Positions 52,551 to 64,000 of a stretch of 64,000 nucleotides of DNA are shown one piece after another. The notes beneath the pieces are model-generated. The model worked only from the letters and a program-made list of their open reading frames with translations. It was not told the origin of the DNA and did not search any database. This stretch comes from the human T2T-CHM13v2.0 reference genome, Homo sapiens. The DNA is taken from the NCBI RefSeq assembly GCF_009914755.1, contig NC_060931.1; one strand, 5' to 3'. Numbering within the stretch: position 1 is the first letter of the stretch; each line of letters opens with the position of its first letter. The position numbers were made by a program, and so were the translations under genes.

Positions 52551-52849
52551 CTCCCTTTCTCCACAGGGTCTTGCTCTGTTGCCCAGGCTGGAGTGCACTT
52601 GCAGTAGCATAATCACAATTCACTGCAGCCTCAACCTCCCAGGCTCAATCATTCTTCCTGCCTCAGCCCCCAAAGTAGCTGGGACTACAGGCATGCACCA
52701 CCATGGCTGGCTAAGTTTTAAAACTTTTTTGTAGAGACATGGTCTCTCTGTGTTGCCCAGGCTGGTCTAGGACTCCTGGGCTCAAGCAATCCTCCCACCT
52801 CAGCCTCCCAAAGTGCTGAGATTACAGGTGCAAACTATCTCACCCAGCC
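52516..52849 (-). mobile_element. AluJ with tail converted to (CT)n
   Basis: AluJ diagnostics (CACTGCAGCCTCAACCTCCCAGGCTCAA, CTCCTGGGCTCAAGCAATCCTCC); TSD TTTAATCT. Confidence 0.92.
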
Positions 52850-52890
52850 TTTAATCTTTTTATTAGTGAGATATCTGACCCAACGGCTAG

Positions 52891-53280
<390 letters not shown>

Positions 53281-54088
53281 CTAGGTCAATGCCAACACCA
53301 ACTCACACTGAGCCCTAACTATGGAATCGGAGCAACATCATTATTTAGGCCCATGGACAAAATACCAAAGTAATCTGTTTCTATGTTCCATTATTTCCTC
53401 CTCTCCATACATTATACATACAACAATTTCCCTTTATCACACGTACCTGTGACTACGTGGGAATCATTCTATCCCAAATTGCTGCAGCACAATCTGAGGC
53501 TTACTAAATATTTGCCTCAGCCATAAAGCTGATAGAGCATTAGTTTAAAATGCAAGTAGGGACCATGAGGATCTTTTGGGTTTCATGTTGAAACATTCAA
53601 GCTGCTCTTCCTACTACGGCTATTACTACTAAATGCATTATATGATTTTTGAAAACTAGAACAATCCAAGTCTGGCTAATTTTTTAAAATTCCCATTTCT
53701 TTCACTTTCCCAACTGTTGTCTATTCACCCTTTATTCTACCTTTAAAGCAAGAAAAACTGAAATAATTATTTGGAAAGTTTTTTCACTTCTGTCAAAACA
53801 ACAAAACCTATATCGTTTGAGTGATTAGTCAAGGACAGTTGACAAAAGGACAGTAGTCAAAAAGAAAAATGGCTCCCTAAACTCTTAGAGAAAAGAAATC
53901 AAGCTTGCATTGTGATCAAACTAAATGAATGTACATAGTAATAAGCAAAAATTCAAATGGCAGACCATGTTTTTCTTGCACCTATGAATTCATTCTGATG
54001 GATAAGATAGATGGCTTAGGACTCCATATTACATTTGTATGAATTAATAGATATTAGGGGAATGTGTAATAAGTGACTGCATGATTGA

Positions 54089-54407
<319 letters not shown>

Positions 54408-54477
54408 TTAGGTTTTGGATCTTATATCTGATTATCCACAAAAAAGAACCCAGAAACACTAATATAGTGGAAGCCAT

Positions 54478-54830
54478 TGCCTCAGTTAGGTAACACTAGT
54501 TGTGGTGACAGATAAATGCTAACGGTAGCCTAACACAATGAAAGTTTATTTCTCGTTCTGACAACAGTCAGCATAGGGGTTTAGTGAGTGGCCTTCCACA
54601 TAGTAATTCAGGGACTTAGGCGTCCCCTACCTGTGAGTGGGAGCCTCGGAGGCCTTCACTTCCAGCTGGCAGATAGAAGGAGAGAATGGAGGATACCCCC
54701 ACGGGAGATTTTTACGGGCCAGGCCTAGGTGTGGAGTGCTGGTTCCCTTTGCACTCTATGGGCCACAACTCAGTGACATGGCTACCTCTAACCAAAGGCA
54801 GGCTGGGAAATGATCACATATGATGCAGCT
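54478..54830 (-). mobile_element. MLT1 (old ERVL-MaLR, MLT1J/K-like) LTR
   Basis: TAACACAATGAAAGTTTATTTCTC...ATTCAGGGAC...GGCCACAACTCAGTGACATGGCTACCTCTAAC...GGCTGGGAAATG. Confidence 0.65.
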
Positions 54831-56434
54831 ACTAAAAATAATGTCTGAGTTATACCCATTGGCCAAGGGGAAGTGTCCGTGATATATTCGTGAGAGGATT
54901 AAGTTTCAGAGTATGTTGTATTGTGTAATATTTATAAAAAGAAATGTGAAAATCCCTAACTATAGTGCATGTCTTTGTATAATCCTAGTGAAAGGTGCAG
55001 GCGGCTGTATAACCCAGGCCCCGCACATCTATTACCACGGATTTGGGTATGGAGGCAGTGGCAGAGACATGAAATTATTAACTTTTTCTTTACATATCTT
55101 TGGAATGTTTTTTTTTTTTTTTTTTTCATTTCTTGCAGTGATCTCATACTTACTTTGGAATTAAATTTTTAGGTATAATTTTAAAGTATGGGTGGTAGTT
55201 TTTGTGAAATTTAGAAAAAAGAAGTGAAGAAGAATGTGTTTGTGCATCTCCACACTGTTATATTTTTTTCCTGTGGGAAGATATTTTTCGAAGTGGAGCA
55301 GAGCTTGTGTGTGTTCCAGGGTATGCTATATCCCATAGAAAGCACACCTCAAGACTGATTCCATGTTTAGCAAGTTATCTCCACATTAAAACTTTAATTT
55401 ATCAGTTTCGTGCATATCATATCATGCACATAAGTGCCCTGAACCTGAATATTCCTGTCCTAAAAGGATATACTTCTCATTCTAAATCAATATATTGATA
55501 TTCTGATTTGGGAAAGATAAAGCCAGTCTGGGGTTTTATAGGAATAGATCAGCTCATCAGATCCTGATAACTCTTGAGTAAACTGGTAAAATAGAGTTAC
55601 CAAAACCACAAGGCTAAGACCTGGACTCCTGGCTTTACAGAGATTCATCCAATATCCACCCCTTCCAAGGAGAGCCAGCCAGCTTCACCCATGGTCGGCT
55701 TGGTGGTTTGTTTACTGGCCTGCATTATCACCTACCTACTTGTCTTTATTCTCTCTGCAGGTCCCAGAGGTTTGTCTTTTATGTCAAATTTTTCTGTAGA
55801 ACTTCACCCAGCATCTAGATACAGTTTATTGACAATGAAAACAAAACAAACAGACATAGAACACAGTGATGGGAATACAGGTGGTTATTCTTGAGGGACT
55901 GCATGAAGCACAGTTGGACAAATAGCCAGTCCTCTTTATCTGCAGGGATGAGGGCAGGGACAGAAATCAGACTCCCTGTCTGCTTTTACTCATAGGAGAC
56001 TGAGTTTGCTTTTCATTGGGTCCTAGACTTCCAAGTCAACCCTACTACATCCAAGTCATCAAAGGATGAATGAGGGAGGAGAGAAGGGTATACTTTCATC
56101 CCTGTCCTCCAAAAGAGATATCCTGGAAAATGCACTTTTAAAGTCATAAGTATCATTTGAGGCCCAGGTAAGAGAACATCAATAGGAAACAAAGCAAGAT
56201 GGTAAAGGAAAAGAAGAGCAATAAGAATGCTTGGTGCGAAGTAGGGTCATGTGGCTGTTTGTCTGCAGCCTGCCTGATTCATGGCTAACTAGACAAAATG
56301 TTCAGACCAGGTCACCAGTTTTTAGATATGTAATTGAATGGTTATCTACTATGGGAATGGTATAAACTAAAAATATTATAAAACATCTCTCTAGAAATCC
56401 TGTGTCATTAATACAATTTAAAAAGTACTAACTG

Positions 56435-56729
56435 GGCCAGGTGCAGTGGGTCACACCTGTAATCCCAGCACTTTGGGGAAGGCTGTGGCGGGCAGAGCAC
56501 TTGAGGTCAGGAGTTCAAGACCAGCCTGGCCAACATAGTGAAACCTTGTCTCTACTAAAAGTACAAAAAAATTTAGCTGGACATGGTGGCGCACTCTTGT
56601 AGTCCCAGCTACTCAAGAGGCCAAGCCAGGAGAATCACTTGAAGCTGGGAGGTGGAGGTTGCAGTGAGCCAAGATCCACCACTGCACTCCAGCCTGGATG
56701 ACAGAGCGAGAATCCATTAAAAAAAAAAA
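56435..56729 (+). mobile_element. AluS
   Basis: Full dimer with A-tail; degenerate TSD AAAAGTACTAACTG / AAAAGTATTTATTG. Confidence 0.93.
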
Positions 56730-57308
56730 GTATTTATTGAACACCTACTCTGTGCCAAACACCGTTTTACTGAGTGGCAAACAACAGTGAACACCTTTGT
56801 AGTGAAAGGCAAGACAGAGACCCAGAAAAAACAAACAAGGGAGTGTAGTTTGTGATACTGGGGCCAAATGAAAGACTCTTGTTATAAATTTGATGGACTT
56901 TTAGGGGATGGGAAGATCACAATCTGCTGAAAGAGTCAAAGAAAGCTTACATGTTGAGCCAGGCATTTAGGGATGGATTTGATTTACAAAAGCAGAGAGG
57001 AAAAGGAAACATATTTCATATGAGATTGAATAGCATAATAATGAAAACATTTACAAAGTGCTTTACAGTTTGCAGAGCATTTTCGCATTCATGATTCAGA
57101 GTGAAAATAAGCCAAGCTTTTCAGAGCCAAGTGTTGAGACCAATCTGACTTAGTAGAAAGTAATCATTCCTTCTTACCTCTCTCTCCTGTCTTCCCTTTC
57201 CTGATCAGGGTTCACGGTTTCATATTGACTTCTTAATCCAAAGCCCTTTTATAGGGGATTTCTTCTACAAAGAAGTGGCAAAGAGAATGAGAAGGCTGCA
57301 TTTCTTAA

Positions 57309-57753
<445 letters not shown>

Positions 57754-57818
57754 TAGATATCTTCTGGACTTTGAAGAACTTCCCTTTTCTAGCCAATCTT
57801 CTGTCTTCTCCCTTTCTT

Positions 57819-59068
<1,250 letters not shown>

Positions 59069-59559
59069 TCACCACCCCGCCTCCCTTTCACACCTCTCCT
59101 GGTTCTGTCCACTCCTCTGCCTACGTAACCAGGCCCTACTACCACCCTTCTGTTTTCAGGCCAAGCCCTACCTCCTTCACAAGCTCTTCTCCAGTTACAA
59201 ATGCAACTGATTATCATTTGCACCCCTCTTCATCTCTGCAGTAGTTCTTAATTTCGTGGGGGGCATATTATATACCCTTAAGAATGTGATGAATGCCTTG
59301 GACCCTGGACACATATACACAAAAAATATGTGTCTAATCTCAGGGGATCATGTTCCCCTGAAAACATTGCTTTTCTAGATCACATTTGTTTAGAACAAAC
59401 CATATACTTCACTGCCTTAAAATATACTTTTATATCATTTTGCCTAATATATATCTTCATAATTAGACTAACCTTGAGGAGAAAGCTGTTGTAGAATTTT
59501 TTGGTATCCTCATAGAACTTGGTTAAATGTAGAGCACATAGCGGTATTTAATGGAAAAG

Positions 59560-60124
59560 GAATGAATAAACCAACTAGGGTTCATCTATGCAATGGCATA
59601 GCATTCAGTGATAAAAATAAGCTATCAAGCCACAGAAAGACATGGAGGGGCCTTAAATGCATACTGCACTGTGAAACAAGCCAATCCAAAAAGGCTGCAT
59701 ACTGTGTGATTCCAACTGTGATATTCTGGCATAGGCAAGACTATGGAGACATGAAGAAGACAGTGGTTTCCCAGGATCTGGGGGAGACAGAGGGGATGAA
59801 CACGTGGAGCACAGATGATTTTCAGGCCAGTGAAACTATCCTGTCTGGTACTGCAATGGTGGATGCATGTCATTAAACATTTGTCAAAACTCATAAAATG
59901 TACAACACAAAGAGTGAACCTTGATGTAAACTATGGTCTTGAGTTAATGATAACATATCAATATTGGCTCATTGATTGTCATAAATGTACCACATTAATG
60001 TAAGATGTTAATGATAGAGGAAACTGGAAGGAGGGCCAGGTTTATATGGAAATGCTGTTTTCTGCTCATTTTTCTAAAAATGTAAAACAGCTCTTAAAAA
60101 ATAAAGTCTATTAATCTAAAAAAA
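59560..60124 (+). mobile_element. L1MC/L1MD-type 3' end
   Basis: GAGTGAACCTTGATGTAAACTATGG...AAATGTACCACATTAATG...AAAAAATAAAGTCTATTAA. Confidence 0.8.
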
Positions 60125-62378
60125 GAAGAGAAGTTTCCGATTTTGGCTGCAGCCTCTAATGACCATTGGGATAAAGAAGAGGCAATGCCTTAATACAATG
60201 CATGTATTTTAACTTTTTGAAAATTGTATCCGTCATTGTTAAGCTCAGTTAAACTTGCGCTTGACATGTCGACACAATGTCCATTTTTAAATGAACTAAC
60301 AGAATTGGTAAGATATGCTCTCATGATAGAGACTCAGCCAATTCTAATGTCAATGAAAGGCTCCACATTTAATGTACACGTTTCAACATGAAGAAAATCC
60401 ATTAAAATATAATTAGCGAGTTTTACACATAAATAGAAAGAAGGCCTACCTAGACCTTGCTGCCATTTAAAAGAGTTCTTTCTTCTTTGTCTGTTTTTGT
60501 ATTTTTCACAGAAGCTTTGAGGAAGAGCCATAACTACCTGGAGCAGAATGATTATTTGGAGCCACAGAAAATCATTTTAGGGAGCAGTGGGTCCAGGTTC
60601 AGTGTTGTGTGTTCAACTCGGAAAGAACACAGTTGGGTGGCTGACCGGGTTACTTCTCCCCTGTGGCTCTGCTTGCATTGGTCATTGAGGTCAGGCAGGG
60701 GTTTGGCCACAGTGTTAGCCATTGGCCCTGCATTGATCCTCACATAGTAACATCTTGTTTGGTTATTAAAGTGACTGAATTGTTGGAATGAAGCATTGCA
60801 AAGTCTTGTTATTCCATCCATCTTCACAAAGACTATAAACTAACTTCACCATGTAGTGACTCAGCTGGTTGGCTAGAAAGTACCTTGTAAGATGGCCTAT
60901 TCTGCCAACATTTCCTATCCCAAACAAATCTCCCAACTCTCACCAACTCTTTACATTCCTGTGTAGTCTTTAGGGTGAGGGGCTGGGAGTGGGATGGAGG
61001 AAAAGGTAGACGAATGAAGTAAAGGGTCAGTGCACAGGCAGTAAGTACTGCTGACCACTGTAATGTCCACTCACAGCTGAGATACAGTGTTCAAACTTCC
61101 CTCAAAAAAGCCACACTGCCCTCAGAGTGACTCCTTGGACCCCAGCCATGGATCTGGCCACAGCATTCATTTGATTCCATGCATTACCTCCTTGAATAAT
61201 TATAAAAATTATGTTTTCCAAATAGAACAAAGAGATGCTTCCTGAAATTCTTCTCCTTGGAACACTCATGATATGCATTCAAAGTGCTTAGCCTGGGGGT
61301 CGCCATTGTGTACACACAATAAATCTTAGTGTATCAAGAATTCAGGCAGTCATGAAGCTCAAATGACAAGAATTTTTATTTTTATTTTTTTTAACAGACA
61401 GAAGTCAGGGAGGGCAGTCATTGCTTAGACAATGAGATTCAAGCAAGTGCTGTTCTAAATCTCTGAGCTCTGTAGGGGAGAAGATGGATGAAGCAGGCAG
61501 CTTGAAGAGGGAGACACGCCAGCCAGAAGGAAAAGAAAGAAGCCGGTGAAGCAGGAAGAGAAGAAAACACGAAAGGGTAGGAAGATGAGAAATGGATGCC
61601 AAGGAGAGGGAGAAAGAGATTGTCAGCAAGGGAGGCGAACCGAGGAGAAAACAGGGAGATTCCCGCATGGGTGGAGCCAAGTTTCCACTGTGCTGTGAGC
61701 AGAGGAAGCCAGGTGTATTGTTCCTGAAACTACGTTATTAACTGCCTAACATATGGCTCACAAGGTACACGTGGAAGCGAGAGCAGGAAACAAAATGCAA
61801 GTCAGCTGGGCTAACGCTGAAAAATAGTGATCTGTGTCAGTTTTGAGAAGTGTGAGAATAGAAACCTTCTATGCAGGAGATCAGCATCTTTGTCTGTTTC
61901 CTACACCGAGGCTCAAAGAGAACATTTGCTCCCAAACCATGGTAGTTCTGTTTCAGATAAAGTTGTCTCATACCAACCATAATTCATGTTCCTGATCGTG
62001 ACCCTGAAGCACAAGAACCCAAGGAAGCTTCGGAATTTTCAAAGAAAAATGAATTACGTAGAGTGGTGTGACCAGCAAATGCAGTTTGAATTTTAAGTGT
62101 GTATTCTAATTTTTTAGAAGATTCTGATTCCGTGTGTGAAAGATTGAATTACCCTCCATTTTCTAGGATGTGGCCCATTTGCCAGCCAGTCTGGACCTCA
62201 GATCTTAGTTCTGGTTCTGTAACTTCAGTTGCCTGCCAGACATTTCCATCTGGGAGCCCTGTCCTCACTCTGAAACATTCTCAGAACCAGCCTCCTTCTC
62301 CACCTGCCCTCAGACATTAGCACCATTCCTCTCCCATTGTCACCTTTGATTGTCTCTTCTTTACTTCCATACACTGCT

Positions 62379-62958
<580 letters not shown>

Positions 62959-62999
62959 CAATATGCTGCCAAATTTTTCTTCAAATGATTTCCTAGTTC

Positions 63000-64000
63000 C
63001 TTCCTTGCCATTCTTGCTGCCCTGAATTAAGCCCAGGTCCTCATTTATTGGCTTCCCACTTGACTCCTTCTATTTTAGCCAGCACACATGTTGTAGAACA
63101 ACTTCCTTAATGTGGCTTTCACTTGGCTTCTGACTCAGAGTGTATGAGGTCTCCTAATTTCCTAGGGCAGTAGGCCTGGCCCTACCCCACAAGCCTCATT
63201 ACCGTTTTATCTGCCCATATCCCATCACCCTCTATCCACATCTTGTTATCCAGTGGAGAGTTTCCACTTCTAGGTTCCAAGCCAGAAATGTGTGGATCAT
63301 TCTGTCTTCCCTCACTTCCTTAAACAACCCGTCGGCAAGTCCCACAGACTGGATCTCCAGAGTTTCCCTGTAGCTCTTTTCTCCATGCTCACCACCCTAG
63401 TTTAGGGCAATGCCACCCTTTATTGAGACTCTGGAAGAACCTCCTGACAGTTCCTGCTCCCCTCTGGCCCCTCCAATCCATTTTCTACACAGTGGCCCAG
63501 AATGTTTAAAAATGCAAATCAGGTTGTATCATGCCTCCAGTGGCTTCTCATTGCACCTAGGGTAAAATCCAAGATCCTTATAGTAGCTTCCAAGGTCCTG
63601 CATGGCTTATCCTCTCCCTCCCTCCTCGAAGACCTCAATGCACCTGACTGAACTGATCTCAGCACGTTTCCACCTCTGGCCAGGCTCTCTACCTAATGAC
63701 CCTCCTCCCTGCTTTTTGATCCATTCCACCTCTCATCTCCTAGGTCTTGGCTTAAATATCTTCAGAGAAGCCCTTCTGGACTTCCTTCAGTAGTGTCATT
63801 CCCACTTCCCGCCACTATTCTTATTACCTGTTTATTTCCTTCATACCTTTTTATCATTTGCAATGATTGTGTTTGTTTCCTCATCTTTTTTCTGCCTCCC
63901 CCAGACCTGAAGCTCCGAAAGACCCCGGAGTGTTTGTCTTGTTAACCATCGTTTCTCCAGCTGTCCACGCAATGGTCAATATGTTAGCTATTATAATTAC
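63000..64000. mobile_element. L2 fragments
   Basis: CCCCTCCAATCCATTTTCTACACAGTGGCC...CTCCAGTGGCTTCTCATTGCAC...TTCCAAGGTCCTGCATG. Confidence 0.7.

Overview
Human (or at least great-ape) genomic DNA, judged from AluY/AluS/AluJ, L1PA2, MIR, L2 and MER repeats. A CpG island at about 40.4-42.0 kb is a divergent promoter. On the minus strand, a first exon ends in the 19-nt CDS ATG GCC CCC GTG TAC GAA G|GTAAGG (MAPVYE-G), which I recognise as the N-terminus of HIPK2. Positions 1-40896 are therefore HIPK2 intron 1, and I do not see exon 2 in the window. On the plus strand, the island starts a chain of non-coding 5' exons (about 41540-41763, 44032-44116, 45961-46024, 50641-50729) matching the upstream 5'UTR exons of the head-to-head neighbour TBXAS1, whose coding exons lie beyond the window. 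The rest is intronic DNA with interspersed and simple repeats. Apart from the 19-nt HIPK2 CDS and an L1 ORF2 remnant, the ORF track is noise. I found no new gene family or prokaryote-type system. The most interesting structure is the HIPK2 leader: stacked uORFs, a CGG repeat read as polyglycine in a CUG-initiated frame, a four-tier G-quadruplex and an adjacent Z-DNA tract. Other candidates are a p53 half-site cluster in intron 1 and an AluJ primed for exonisation. Repeat subfamily names and gene identities come from my recollection of consensus sequences, not from a search.
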